DNA from: an uncultured delta proteobacterium
GTDB taxonomy: Bacteria; Myxococcota_A; Polyangia; Polyangiales; Houyiibacteriaceae
Assembly: GCA_963842915.1 (NCBI GenBank)
Contig: CAWJII010000012.1
Coordinates: 53,320 to 117,319, forward strand
Direction: 5' to 3'
DNA: 64,000 nucleotides
The first letter of the stretch is position 1. Every line of letters begins with the position of its first letter. The notes beneath the pieces are model-generated. The model saw only the letters and a program-made list of their open reading frames with translations, was not told the origin of the DNA and did no database searches. A program made the position numbers and the translations under genes. Shown here piece after piece: positions 41,806-52,015 of the stretch.

Positions 41806-43503
41806 GTGAACCATTCGAGCAGATCTTCGACCAGCCGGCTCGCAGCGGTCGAGGCGCAGCTCCTCGCCCGAGGAGCGCCCTTCGAGCTCGCCGAGGAGGA
41901 GGTGCTCGGGGAGCGCGTTCCGGTGTTTGTCAACCGGGCGCGCTCGCTCCGCGATGTCTTGCTGCGCGGTCGAGAGTTTGCCAGCGCAGACTACATGGTG
42001 TTCCGCGATGGTGAACGAGAGCGGCGCTATACCTTCGAGGAGCACGAGAAGCTGGTAGCGAGGGCTGCGGCAGCGTTCGCAGATCGGTTCGGCGTCGGGC
42101 CAGGCGACCGAGTTGCCATCCTGGCAGCCAACTGCCCGGAATGGATCATTTCGTTCTGGGCGACGGTGAGCCTCGGCGCCATCTGCGTGGGGTTGAACGG
42201 CTGGTGGACCGAAGACGAGATTCGATACGCTCTCGGACACAGCAAACCAAAGCTTCTGATCGCCGACGCGAAGCGCGCTGCTCGAATCACGGGCGACCCT
42301 GGGGTGTCGATGCTGGTCGCGGAAGACGCCTTCGACGATCTACTTGCTGAGTATCCCGACGCCGAGCTGCCCTCTCAACCAATCGCGGAAGGCGACCCAG
42401 CGATCATTTTGTACACCAGCGGCACGACTGGCCGCGCCAAGGGCGTCGTCCACACCCATGGCAATGTCACCAACATGCTGATGGTCAGCTTCTTCCACGG
42501 TGCGCGCTTGATGATGGCCAACCCCAAGGCCGCCGAATTGCCCCAGCTCGCCAACAGCATCCTGGTGACGAGCCCACTATTTCACGTGTCGGGATTGCAC
42601 TGTGCAGCGGTGACCGCGCTGGCTGGAGGCGCCAAGACCGTCTGGCCCATGGGACGCTTCGATCCTGAAACCACGCTCGACTTGATCGAGCGCGAGAAGA
42701 TCACGGGCTGGGGTTACACGGCCACCGTGCTTCATCGTCTCTTGAACCATCCCAGAGTCGGCGAATACGACCTGAGCTCGTTCCGCTCAGTCGGTGGCGG
42801 CGGTTCTCCGATCCCAGCTCCGCTGATCGAGAAGGCGCATGCGCTTTTTCCGCAGTGCAGCCATACGATGGGAGTCGGCTACGGTCTGACCGAGGGTACG
42901 GCCTTTGCCACTCTGAACGCCGGCGAAGAACTGAGCAGCGACCCATCCTCTGTGGGTCGCACCGTGCCGATCGTCGAAATCGAGATTCGCGACGAGCAAG
43001 GGCGGGCCGTCGCCGAGAGCGAAGAAGGTGAAATTCATTTGCGAGGCCCCTTGGTGATGCGAGAGTACTGGGAAGACCCCGAAGCGACCCGCGCCGCCAT
43101 TCGGCCCGGACGATGGCTCAAGACGGGCGACGTTGGGCGGCTGCACAATGGCAAGCTCTACATCGCGTCACGCAAGCGCGACTTGATCCTGCGTGGTGGC
43201 GAGAACGTCTACCCGTTCGAGATCGAGCAGCGTCTCGAAGCGCACCCGGCCATCGCGGAAGCGGCCGTCATCGGGCTCGACCACGAAGAGCTCGGTCAAG
43301 AAGTGAAGGCCATCGTCGTCTTCGAAGGGGGCCGCGAGCTCGGCGTCGAAGAAATGCAGCGCTGGGTCGCCGACGCCCTTGCCTACTACAAGGTTCCGAG
43401 CCAATGGGAGCCCCGTAGCAAACCCCTTCCCCGCAACGCGACCGGAAAAGTGCTAAAGAACGCTCTGCGCGACGCGCAGGATTCGATGTTCATCGAGGAG
43501 TAA
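41806..43503 (+). CDS. Class I adenylate-forming enzyme (long-chain acyl-CoA ligase)
   Basis: YTSGTTGRAKG, PLFHVSG, GYGLTE, WLKTGD, ILRGGENVYP, YYKVP. Confidence 0.9.
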   Translation: MNHSSRSSTSRLAAVEAQLLARGAPFELAEEEVLGERVPVFVNRARSLRDVLLRGREFASADYMVFRDGERERRYTFEEHEKLVARAAAAFADRFGVGPGDRVAILAANCPEWIISFWATVSLGAICVGLNGWWTEDEIRYALGHSKPKLLIADAKRAARITGDPGVSMLVAEDAFDDLLAEYPDAELPSQPIAEGDPAIILYTSGTTGRAKGVVHTHGNVTNMLMVSFFHGARLMMANPKAAELPQLANSILVTSPLFHVSGLHCAAVTALAGGAKTVWPMGRFDPETTLDLIEREKITGWGYTATVLHRLLNHPRVGEYDLSSFRSVGGGGSPIPAPLIEKAHALFPQCSHTMGVGYGLTEGTAFATLNAGEELSSDPSSVGRTVPIVEIEIRDEQGRAVAESEEGEIHLRGPLVMREYWEDPEATRAAIRPGRWLKTGDVGRLHNGKLYIASRKRDLILRGGENVYPFEIEQRLEAHPAIAEAAVIGLDHEELGQEVKAIVVFEGGRELGVEEMQRWVADALAYYKVPSQWEPRSKPLPRNATGKVLKNALRDAQDSMFIEE

Positions 43504-43506
43504 GCC

Positions 43507-44727
43507 ATGCCCGAAGCTGTGATCGTTTCAACCGCGCGAACGCCGATTGGCCGCGCTTTCAAGGGGTCTCTCATCGAGATGCGCCCTGACGACCTGGCCG
43601 CCATCGCGGTGAAGGCGGCTCTTGCGAAGGTTCCGAACCTCGATCCGGCAACCGTGGAAGACTTGATGATCGGCTGCGCGCAGCCCGCTGGCGAGCACGG
43701 CTACAACATGGGTCGCGTCGTGAGCTTGCTTGCCGGTCTCGACTCTCCTGGCACCACGGTCAATCGTTACTGCTCCTCGTCGTTACAGACAATCCGTATG
43801 GCGGCTCACGCAATCAAGGCCGGTGAAGGCGATGTGTTCGTCGCCGCAGGCGTCGAGTGCGTCAGCCGCTTCGGTTTCGGCAAGTCGGACGGCATGGAAA
43901 ACACCAAGAACCCGAAGTTCAAGGCGTCCGAAGAGCGCATGGCGAAGCTCATGACGCCCGAGGGAGGCAACTGGGAGCCGTACGCCGGCCTCGGAGATGT
44001 CTACATCACGATGCTGCAGACCGCTGAGAACGTCGCGCAATACATGGCCGTGTCGCGCCAAGAGCAAGACGAGTTCGCGGCGCTTTCGCAGCAGCGGGCC
44101 GAAGCCGCCCAGAAGTCGGGGCACTTCGCCAAAGAGATCACGCCGGTCACGACACCGAGCGGCGCCGTGGTCGACACCGATGACTGCCCGCGTCACGGCA
44201 CGACAGCCGAGAAGCTCGCGGGGCTCAAGCCGGTGCTCCTCGGGCAGATGGGTGAGCGGGCCACGGTCACGGCCGGGAACGCCTGCCCGCTCAACGACGG
44301 AGCCGCCGCGGTCATCGTGATGAGCGACACCCGCGCCAAAGCGCTCGGCATCACCCCGCTGGCCCGTGTGGTCTCGACCGGTGTCTCCTCGCTCAGTCCC
44401 GAGATCATGGGCCTCGGCCCCGTCGAGGCGACCAAGCAAGCCCTCGGCCGCGCCGGCCTGACGATGAAAGACATCGACCTCGTCGAGATCAACGAGGCCT
44501 TCGCCGCGCAGGTGATTCCATCGGCCCGCGAGCTCGGCATTCCCATCGACAAGCTCAACGTCAACGGCGGCGCCATCGCCCTCGGCCACCCCTTTGGCCA
44601 GACGGGCGCCCGCATCATGACGACGCTCATCCACAACCTGCAGTCGCGCGACGGCCGCTACGGCGTCGAGACGATGTGTGTCGGCGGCGGCCAGGGCATG
44701 GCTGCAGTGATCGAACGGCTGGGCTGA
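43507..44727 (+). CDS. Acetyl-CoA C-acyltransferase (thiolase)
   Basis: TVNRYCSSSLQ, NEAFA, GHPFG, CVGGG. Confidence 0.92.
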   Translation: MPEAVIVSTARTPIGRAFKGSLIEMRPDDLAAIAVKAALAKVPNLDPATVEDLMIGCAQPAGEHGYNMGRVVSLLAGLDSPGTTVNRYCSSSLQTIRMAAHAIKAGEGDVFVAAGVECVSRFGFGKSDGMENTKNPKFKASEERMAKLMTPEGGNWEPYAGLGDVYITMLQTAENVAQYMAVSRQEQDEFAALSQQRAEAAQKSGHFAKEITPVTTPSGAVVDTDDCPRHGTTAEKLAGLKPVLLGQMGERATVTAGNACPLNDGAAAVIVMSDTRAKALGITPLARVVSTGVSSLSPEIMGLGPVEATKQALGRAGLTMKDIDLVEINEAFAAQVIPSARELGIPIDKLNVNGGAIALGHPFGQTGARIMTTLIHNLQSRDGRYGVETMCVGGGQGMAAVIERLG

Positions 44728-44752
44728 ATTGGTGTAGAATCGGCGTCGAATC

Positions 44753-46027
44753 ATGTGGAATAGACGTCGATTTCTAGCCGCAGCCGCGGTGCTCGGTGCC
44801 GGAGGTTTGGGCCTCGCACTACGGCCTTCCGACAAGGGCGGCCATCACAGCGACTACTACCTGGGCTTGAGCAAGGCGCTCGACGAGGCGGGTCTGGCAG
44901 GCCCGACGCTTCTCATCGACAGGCAGCGATTACTTGAGAACGCGGACATTTTGCGAACGCATCTCGAGGGCAAGTACGACTACCGGGTGGTCGCTAAGTC
45001 GCTCCCATCGTTGGCACTGATCGAAACCGTGATGAAGCGCTCTGGAACCGAGCGCCTGATGGTCTTTCATCAACCGTTTCTGAATCTGATCGCGGAGGCG
45101 TTGCCACACAGCGATGTAATGCTCGGCAAGCCAATGCCGGTGGCAGCGGCGGCGCGTTTTTACGACGAACACATCGACGACGGTTTTGACCCCGCTCGGC
45201 AACTTCAGTGGCTGGTGGATTCCACCGAGCGTCTGCGACAGTACCAAGGACTGGCGCAGCAGCGAAACCTGTCCATGCGAATCAACCTCGAGATCGATGT
45301 GGGACTACACCGCGGTGGTCTGACAAGCGTCGCGGATCTCGCCGAAGCGCTCGAGATCATCGAAGCAGATCCCTTGCTGAGCTTCGGCGGCTTCATGGGT
45401 TACGAGCCGCACGTCGTGAAGATCCCTGACATCATCGGCGGTCCGCCCAAGGCCTTCAACAAGGCGCAAACCCGGTATCGAGACTTCGTGACCGCAGCGG
45501 AAACGATCCTGAAGCGCTCCATTGCAGAGCTCACGCTCAACGCGGCCGGGAGCCCCACCTATCAGCTCTACGATGGCGACGAGCCAGCGAACGAGCTCTC
45601 AGCGGGCTCCGCTCTGGTGAAGCCGAAGGACTTCGACCTCCAAACGCTCTCCGACCATCAGCCCGCGGCGTTCATCGCGACGCCGGTGATCAAGGCGCTC
45701 GAGACCAGCGAAGTCCCCGGCCTGGAGCCCCTGGCGGGCGCCATGGCTTGGCTCAATCCCAATCGGGCAAAGGCGTTCTTCATCTATGGCGGCTACTGGA
45801 AAGCCGTACCAGAGTCGCCGCCGGGCTTGAGCATCAACCCGATTTACGGACATTCGACCAATCAGGAGATGCTCAACGGCTCGACCAGCGTCGGACTGAA
45901 GCAAGACGACTGGCTGTTCTTGCGCCCGACCCAAAGCGAGCACGTCTTCTTGCAGTTCGGCGATATTGCAGTCTATGACGGCGGCGAGATCGTCGAACGC
46001 TGGCCGGTCTTCACGCAGGGTGCCTGA
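44753..46027 (+). CDS. Tat-exported DSD1/alanine-racemase-fold PLP enzyme
   Basis: MWNRRRFLAAAAVLG twin-arginine signal; RVVAKSLPS (PLP Lys), EIDVGLHRGG, GFMGYEPH, AGSPTY, FLRPTQSE. Confidence 0.8.
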   Translation: MWNRRRFLAAAAVLGAGGLGLALRPSDKGGHHSDYYLGLSKALDEAGLAGPTLLIDRQRLLENADILRTHLEGKYDYRVVAKSLPSLALIETVMKRSGTERLMVFHQPFLNLIAEALPHSDVMLGKPMPVAAAARFYDEHIDDGFDPARQLQWLVDSTERLRQYQGLAQQRNLSMRINLEIDVGLHRGGLTSVADLAEALEIIEADPLLSFGGFMGYEPHVVKIPDIIGGPPKAFNKAQTRYRDFVTAAETILKRSIAELTLNAAGSPTYQLYDGDEPANELSAGSALVKPKDFDLQTLSDHQPAAFIATPVIKALETSEVPGLEPLAGAMAWLNPNRAKAFFIYGGYWKAVPESPPGLSINPIYGHSTNQEMLNGSTSVGLKQDDWLFLRPTQSEHVFLQFGDIAVYDGGEIVERWPVFTQGA

Positions 46028-46038
46028 GGACAGGACGC

Positions 46039-46941
46039 TTGAGCAACACGCAGATTCAGATCGAGAGCCGGACTTTCTGGCGCTTGGCGGCAGCCACAGT
46101 TGCCGTGCTGGTGCCGCTGAACTGGAGCTGGCACGTCTGGGGCCGGCAGATCCCGGGCTCGCTTGCGCTCTACATCATCGCCGGCGGCTTGCTGTACTTC
46201 GGGCTGCTTCGCTGGCTCACGGGCGTTCGCTTTTCCGAGATCTCCTACGAAGCGCGTTTCGTGGTCATCAGCTCGATGGTGTTACTGATCCTTTTCTTGG
46301 CGTTCGGACGCTCGAACACCTATCAGCGGCTCTTCGCTCAGTTCGTCCCGAAAGACATCAGGACGCCGCTGTTTGGCTTCATGTACTTCGCGGTCTGCAG
46401 TGTCCTCTTGCGCCTCCAGATCCCGTATCTGCTCGTGCGCTTCAAACTGCGGCAGCTACCGAGCGAATATGGCTACGTCCTTCGAGGCGGAACTCGAATG
46501 CGCTGGGTCTACTTCGGCCTGTTCGTCGTGATGATTCCAATGGTGATTTGGGCATCCACCCTCCCCGACTTTCAAGCCAGCTACCCCCAGACACGCGGCA
46601 TAGTCAGAGGCAACGAGGCCTCGATTCGGCTCTTCATCCTCTATCACGCCGCGTACTTCATGGTATTCGTCTCGGGCGAAAGCTTCTGGCGCGGCTACAT
46701 GACCTTCGGCCTCGGCCGCGACCTCGACGTCAGCGCACTCCCGTGGATGGTCATGATGTACAGCATCGGCCACTACGGAAAACCGATCCTCGAGGTGAAC
46801 GCCTCGATCGTCGCCGGCTTCATCCTCGGCTACCTGGCCCTCCGCCACCGCTCGTTCTTTCTAGGCGCGCTCCTCCACTGGTCGATCGCTCTCAGCATGG
46901 ACTTGGCGGTGCTCTGGCAGCGTGGAGTGACCTGGCACTAG
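46039..46941 (+). CDS. CPBP (CAAX protease/Abi-like) intramembrane glutamic protease
   Basis: Multiple TM segments; ESFWRG, HYGKP..E, GALLHW; TTG start after AGGA. Confidence 0.8.
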   Translation: MSNTQIQIESRTFWRLAAATVAVLVPLNWSWHVWGRQIPGSLALYIIAGGLLYFGLLRWLTGVRFSEISYEARFVVISSMVLLILFLAFGRSNTYQRLFAQFVPKDIRTPLFGFMYFAVCSVLLRLQIPYLLVRFKLRQLPSEYGYVLRGGTRMRWVYFGLFVVMIPMVIWASTLPDFQASYPQTRGIVRGNEASIRLFILYHAAYFMVFVSGESFWRGYMTFGLGRDLDVSALPWMVMMYSIGHYGKPILEVNASIVAGFILGYLALRHRSFFLGALLHWSIALSMDLAVLWQRGVTWH

Positions 46942-46960
46942 GGGGTCAGCTTGCAGAAAG

Positions 46961-46974
46961 TGAAACATGTTTCA
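46961..46974. promoter_or_regulatory. KstR-type operator upstream of the oxidoreductase-SDR-ACAD-ipdF operon
   Basis: Perfect palindrome TGAAACATGTTTCA between TTGCAG (46951) and CAGTCT (46973). Confidence 0.82.
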
Positions 46975-46986
46975 GTCTAAGGGCGC

Positions 46987-48009
46987 GTGGCGGAGGCTAA
47001 TCGGCAGATTTGTTTGAGAAAGCGGCCTGTTGGAGTGCCGGCTGTCGGAGATTTTCAAGCCGGTGAAAGCGCCGTGGGGGTGCCTGGGCCAGGGGAAGTC
47101 CTTCTCAAGAATCTGTATCTGTCGATCGACCCTGCCATTCGCGGATGGATGAGCGATGCGAAGTCGTACCTGCCGCCCATTGAGATCGGCGAGCCGATAC
47201 GGAGCGGGACGCTTTCGCAAATCATCGAATCCAATGCCGAAGGCTGGCCGGTTGGGCAGATCGTCCAGGCGCTTGCTGCCTGGGAGTCGTATAGCGTGGT
47301 TTCGTCGCGAATGCTTCATGGCAAGGTGAAGACCATCGACGGCATTCCCCTCTCGACGATGTTGAGCGTGCTCGGTGGAACCGGGCTGACCGCGTACTTT
47401 GGTTTGCTCGAGGTCGGTAGGCCGAAGGAAGGCGAGACCGTTCTCGTGTCCGCGGCAGCCGGCGGCGTAGGATCGATCGTCGGACAGATCGCGAAGGTTA
47501 GAGGATGCAGGGCGATCGGGCTGACGGGCAGCGACGAGAAATGCGCCTGGCTCACCCACGAGCTCGGCTACGACGCGGCGATCAACTACAAGACGTCGAA
47601 CCTGCGGCTTGCACTCGAGGAGGCATGCCCCGAGGGCATCGACGTATTTTTCGACAGCGTTGGCGGCGCGATCCTCAACACCGCGCTGAGCCGCCTCAAC
47701 TATCACGGTCGCGTGGTCGTCTGCGGTGCAATCTCTCAGATCAACGAGCCCGAGCTGCCTCCGGGCCCGAGCAACTACGTACAGCTCCTCGCCAAGAGCG
47801 CCCGTATGGAAGGCTTCACCACCCTGGATTTCGCGCGCCGCTACGACGAGGCCCGCTCAGACCTCGCGCAGTGGATCGGCGGGGGTAAGATTCGCTATCG
47901 CGACGACATCGTCGAAGGCCTCGATGAGGCTCCGTCGCACTTGCTTCGACTATTCAGCGGTGAACATCGAGGAAAATTGATGGTCAAGTTGGCCGACGCA
48001 GAGGTTTGA
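46987..48009 (+). CDS. NADP-dependent oxidoreductase (prostaglandin reductase/CurA-like MDR ene-reductase)
   Basis: YLSIDPAIRGWM, TGLTAYFGL, VSAAAGGVGS, GIDVFFDSVGG, CGAISQ, GKLMVK. Confidence 0.9.
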   Translation: MAEANRQICLRKRPVGVPAVGDFQAGESAVGVPGPGEVLLKNLYLSIDPAIRGWMSDAKSYLPPIEIGEPIRSGTLSQIIESNAEGWPVGQIVQALAAWESYSVVSSRMLHGKVKTIDGIPLSTMLSVLGGTGLTAYFGLLEVGRPKEGETVLVSAAAGGVGSIVGQIAKVRGCRAIGLTGSDEKCAWLTHELGYDAAINYKTSNLRLALEEACPEGIDVFFDSVGGAILNTALSRLNYHGRVVVCGAISQINEPELPPGPSNYVQLLAKSARMEGFTTLDFARRYDEARSDLAQWIGGGKIRYRDDIVEGLDEAPSHLLRLFSGEHRGKLMVKLADAEV

Positions 48010-48011
48010 GA

Positions 48012-48917
48012 ATGACTGGCATTTGTGATGGACGGGTAGTGATCGTAACGGGCGCAGGGCGTGGCATCGGCCGGGAGCACGCGCTCGAGCTGGCCCGGCA
48101 GGGCGCGAAAGTCGTCGTCAACGATCTTGGCGTGAGCAACAGCGGCGAAGGCGGCGGCCAGGGGCCGGCCGAAGAAGTCGTTCAAGAGATTCGCGCCCTG
48201 GGTGGAGAGGCGCTGGCCAACGGCGCCGACGTTGCGGACTGGAAACAGACCGAGGCGCTGGTTCAACAAGCGATCGACGAGTTCGGGCGCCTCGACGCGG
48301 TGGTGAACAACGCGGGCTTCGTCCGAGACCGCATGTTCGTCAGCTGCAGCGAAGACGAATGGGATGCGATCATTCGCGTCCACCTCAAGGGGCACTTCTG
48401 CGTCGCCCGGCACGCGGCCGCGTATTGGCGAGGACAGGTCAAGGCCGGAGAAGAAGTCGACGCGCGAATCATCAACACCAGCTCTGGAGCTGGGGTGCTC
48501 GGAAGCGTTGGCCAGTCGAGCTACTCCGCCGCGAAAGCAGGCATCGCCACATTGACCCTGGTGCAAGCCGCTGAGCTCGGCCGCTACGGGATCACCGCAA
48601 ACGCGATTTGCCCGATCGCGCGCACCCGCATGACCGAGGGCGCGTTCGCGGACGCGATGAAGGCGCCCGAGGAAGGCTTCGACGAGAACGACCCAGCCAA
48701 CGTCTCGCCCTTCATCGCCTGGCTGGCCAGCTCGCAGTCGCGTGAAGTCACCGGTCGCGTTTGGGAGGTCTACGGTGGAACGGTCACCGTCTTCGATGGT
48801 TACCGCCGCGAGCAGACGATGAATATCGGCAAGCGCTGGGACGCATCCGAGCTGGGGCCGGCGGTGAAAGACCTGCTCTCGAAGGCTCAGCCTCCGGTCA
48901 AGGTGTACGGCACATGA
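48012..48917 (+). CDS. SDR oxidoreductase (Rv3548c-like)
   Basis: MTGICDGRVVIVTGAGRGIG, VNNAGFVRDRMF, VHLKGHF, ARIINTSSGAG, YSAAK. Confidence 0.85.
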   Translation: MTGICDGRVVIVTGAGRGIGREHALELARQGAKVVVNDLGVSNSGEGGGQGPAEEVVQEIRALGGEALANGADVADWKQTEALVQQAIDEFGRLDAVVNNAGFVRDRMFVSCSEDEWDAIIRVHLKGHFCVARHAAAYWRGQVKAGEEVDARIINTSSGAGVLGSVGQSSYSAAKAGIATLTLVQAAELGRYGITANAICPIARTRMTEGAFADAMKAPEEGFDENDPANVSPFIAWLASSQSREVTGRVWEVYGGTVTVFDGYRREQTMNIGKRWDASELGPAVKDLLSKAQPPVKVYGT

Positions 48918-49696
48918 GCAACCCCCTCGACTTCAGCGGTCGGGCGGTTCTGATCACCGGCGGAAGCCGCGGGATCGGAAAAGGCATCGCCGAAGCGTTC
49001 CTCGGAGCGGGCGCAGACGTCGCCGTATGCGGGCGCAGAGAGCCAGACGAGCTTCCGAGCGCAGGCGGCAAGAGCGCGGTCTTCGTGAGCGCCGATGTTC
49101 GGGATGCCGAGCAGGTCGAAAGGATGGTGAACGAAGTGGTCGAGCGCCTCGGCCGTCTCGATGTACTGGTGAACAACGCCGGCGGTGCGCCCTTCGCCGA
49201 GGCAGCCACGGCTTCTCCACGATTCTCGGAGAAGATCATTCAGCTGAACCTGACGGCTGCCCTTCACTGCGGGCAACAGGCCAATCGCGTCATGCAGGAC
49301 CAGGACTCCGGCGGCTCGATCATCAACATCGCCAGTGTGTCCGGCGTGCGCCCTTCCCCTGGCACGGCGGCTTACGGCGCGGCCAAGGCAGGATTGATCA
49401 ACCTGAGCGCCACGCTTGCCATCGAATGGGCCCCCAAGGTTCGCGTCAATTCAATCGCCGCAGGCCTGATTCGCACTGAGCAAGCCCATCTGCACTACGG
49501 CGACGAGGCGGGCATCGCGCGCGTTGCGGCGACGGTGCCTCTACAACGTCTCGGCACGCCCGAGGACATCTCGGGGGCGTGCATGTTCTTCGCCTCGTCG
49601 CTCTCGGCCTATGTGAGCGGAGCCAATCTCGTTTTGCACGGTGGGGGAGAAACACCCGCGTTTCTTTCAGCCGCTAGCGTCAATCAAGGAGACTGA
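48914..49696 (+). CDS. SDR oxidoreductase (Rv3549c-like)
   Basis: TGGSRGIG, NNAGGAP, RPSPGTAAYGAAK, EWAPKVRVN, HGGGE. Confidence 0.85.
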   Translation: MSNPLDFSGRAVLITGGSRGIGKGIAEAFLGAGADVAVCGRREPDELPSAGGKSAVFVSADVRDAEQVERMVNEVVERLGRLDVLVNNAGGAPFAEAATASPRFSEKIIQLNLTAALHCGQQANRVMQDQDSGGSIINIASVSGVRPSPGTAAYGAAKAGLINLSATLAIEWAPKVRVNSIAAGLIRTEQAHLHYGDEAGIARVAATVPLQRLGTPEDISGACMFFASSLSAYVSGANLVLHGGGETPAFLSAASVNQGD

Positions 49697-49700
49697 GCGA

Positions 49701-50840
49701 ATGGAGTTTTCGTTCTCGGAAGATCAGGACGAGCTGAGAAGAGCCGCACGCCGGTTCTTGGAGGTCGCGTCCTCGGAAGAGCGCGTGCGGAGCGCGATGG
49801 AGACCGAACGAGGTTACGATCAGGCGACCTGGGAACAGCTCTCCGAAGAACTCGCGTGGACGGCGCTGACGATTCCCGAGGAGTACGGCGGCCTCGGCAT
49901 GAGCTACCTCGACCTGCACCCTCTGATGGAGGAAATGGGCCGGGCGCTTCTCTGCTCGCCGTTCTTCTCCACGATTTGTCTAGGAGCCAACGCGCTTCTG
50001 CTGGGTGGCAGCGAAGAGCAGAAGGAACGCTACCTACCTGGCATCGCAGCCGGCGAAACGACGGCGACTTTGGCGTTCGCCGAGAGAAACAACCGGATGA
50101 ACGCCGTGGGGGTGGAAGCGACACACGCGAAGAGCGGTTCCGGCTACATCCTTCGCGGCGACAAAAGCTACGTTCTCGACGGCCACACTGCCGACCTGCT
50201 CATCGTCGCGGCGCGCTCCGCGGGCAGCGCGGGCGCCGAAGGCGTGAGCTTGTTCCTAGTGCCGGGCGACACGGACGGGCTGAAGCGCAGCTGGCTGCCC
50301 ACGATGGATCAGACCCGGCGCTTGGCTTCTGTCGAGCTGCGTGACGTGACGGTTGCTGACGATGCACTACTCGGTCAAGAAGGCAAAGGCTGGGAGCTCT
50401 GCGAGCGAACTTTGGACCTGGCGCGCATCGCCCTTGCCGCCGAGCAGGTGGGCGCGGCCGAGATGTGCCTCGACATGTCGGTCGAGTACGCGAAGGTACG
50501 GAATCAATTTGGCAGGCCGATCGGGTCGTTCCAGTCGATCAAGCACAAGTGCGCCGACATGCTGACGATGGTCGAGTCCGCGCGCTCGGCGGCCTTCTAT
50601 GCAAGCGCCCTTGCCGCCCAGGGCAATGAAGATCTCGAAGAAGCGGCCTCGAGCGCGAAGGCCTATTGCTCCGATACGTTCTTTCATTGCGCCGCCGAGA
50701 CCATCCAGATTCACGGAGGGATCGGGTTCACCTGGGAGCACGCGGCGCACATCTACTTCAAGCGCGCCAAGGCAACCGAGATTCTCTTCGGTGATCCCTC
50801 TTTTCACCGCGAACGAGTCGCGCAACGCATGGGTTTGTGA
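49701..50840 (+). CDS. Acyl-CoA dehydrogenase, beta-type subunit (probable FadE33/IpdE2 partner)
   Basis: MEFSFSEDQ, MDQTRR, RNQFGRPIGSFQSIKH, IQIHGGIGFTWEH. Confidence 0.85.
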   Translation: MEFSFSEDQDELRRAARRFLEVASSEERVRSAMETERGYDQATWEQLSEELAWTALTIPEEYGGLGMSYLDLHPLMEEMGRALLCSPFFSTICLGANALLLGGSEEQKERYLPGIAAGETTATLAFAERNNRMNAVGVEATHAKSGSGYILRGDKSYVLDGHTADLLIVAARSAGSAGAEGVSLFLVPGDTDGLKRSWLPTMDQTRRLASVELRDVTVADDALLGQEGKGWELCERTLDLARIALAAEQVGAAEMCLDMSVEYAKVRNQFGRPIGSFQSIKHKCADMLTMVESARSAAFYASALAAQGNEDLEEAASSAKAYCSDTFFHCAAETIQIHGGIGFTWEHAAHIYFKRAKATEILFGDPSFHRERVAQRMGL

Positions 50841-52015
50841 TGGAGCTACAGCTAAGCAGAGAAGAAGAGGCGTTTCGGCAAGAGGCGCGTGCCTGGTTGA
50901 AAGAGCAGCTCAACGGCCCCTTCAAGGACTTGCAGGGGCGCGGTGCTTCAGGCGACCAGGACACCTATGTCGACGAGCGGATCGCCTGGGGCAAAGTCAT
51001 GGGCGCGGCGGGCTGGAACTGCATCGGCTGGCCCAAGGAGTTCGGGGGGCGCGGCTGTACGATCAAGGAAGAGGCTGTCTTCAACGAGGAGTACGTCCGC
51101 GCGAACGGACCAGGCAACGTCGGACACATTGGCGAAACGCTTCTCGGCCCTACCTTAATTCACTTCGGCTCGCCGGAGCTGCAGAAGCGCTTTTTGCCGC
51201 CCATTGTCTCCTGTGACGAAATCTGGTGTCAGGGCTACTCGGAACCCGGTGCGGGCTCTGATCTGGCAAACGTGCAGACGAAGGCCGAGCTGGTCGGAGA
51301 CGAATGGATCATCGAGGGGCAGAAGATCTGGACCTCGGGCGCACAGTACTCGGACTGGTGCTTCGTCCTGTGCCGCACGGACCCGGAGGCACCGAAGCAC
51401 CGGGGCATCAGTTACATCCTGGTTCCGATGAAGCAGGACGGCGTTGAGGTGCGGCCGATCAAGCAGATGGGCGGAAGTGCCGAGTTCGCGGAGGTGTTCT
51501 TCGACGGTGCCAAGGCTCACAAGGACCACGTCGTCGGTGGCGTCAACAAGGGCTGGAAAGTAGCGATGGGCACCCTCGCCTTCGAGCGCGGCGCATCGAC
51601 GCTGGGGCAGCAGTACCTCTTCCAGAAGGAGTTCGAGCAAGTCGTCGAGGTCGCTAAGCGAACAGGTGCCGCGAAGGACCCGGTCTTCCGCCAGCGCATC
51701 GCAAACGCCGGGATCGGACTCAAGATCATGCGGGTCAACGCTCTGCGTATGCTGGAGCACGAAGGCGCCGACCTGAACCGTGAAGCGCTGATCAGCAAGC
51801 TCTACTGGTCGAACTGGCATCGCGACCTCGGAAAGCTCGCGATGGACTTGCTCGGCCCGGAAGCAGAGCTCCTCGATGGCGCACCCTACGAGCTCACCGC
51901 CATGCAGAAGTGGTATCTCTTCGCGCGAGCCGACACGATTTACGCCGGCTCGAATCAGATTCAACGAAACATCATCGGCGAACGAGGACTCGGGCTGCCG
52001 AAGGAGCCACGATGA
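50840..52015 (+). CDS. fadE30: Acyl-CoA dehydrogenase FadE30 (IpdE1)-like
   Basis: HIGETLLGPTL, WCQGYSEPGAGSDLANV, TLAFERG, KLYWSNWHRDLG, LFARADTIYAGSNQIQRNII, LGLPKEPR. Confidence 0.8.
   Translation: MELQLSREEEAFRQEARAWLKEQLNGPFKDLQGRGASGDQDTYVDERIAWGKVMGAAGWNCIGWPKEFGGRGCTIKEEAVFNEEYVRANGPGNVGHIGETLLGPTLIHFGSPELQKRFLPPIVSCDEIWCQGYSEPGAGSDLANVQTKAELVGDEWIIEGQKIWTSGAQYSDWCFVLCRTDPEAPKHRGISYILVPMKQDGVEVRPIKQMGGSAEFAEVFFDGAKAHKDHVVGGVNKGWKVAMGTLAFERGASTLGQQYLFQKEFEQVVEVAKRTGAAKDPVFRQRIANAGIGLKIMRVNALRMLEHEGADLNREALISKLYWSNWHRDLGKLAMDLLGPEAELLDGAPYELTAMQKWYLFARADTIYAGSNQIQRNIIGERGLGLPKEPR

Noticed and set aside
46039-46941. CPBP/Abi protein as an anti-phage system
   Set aside because: The family is mainly intramembrane proteases, and there is no defence-island or mobile context.
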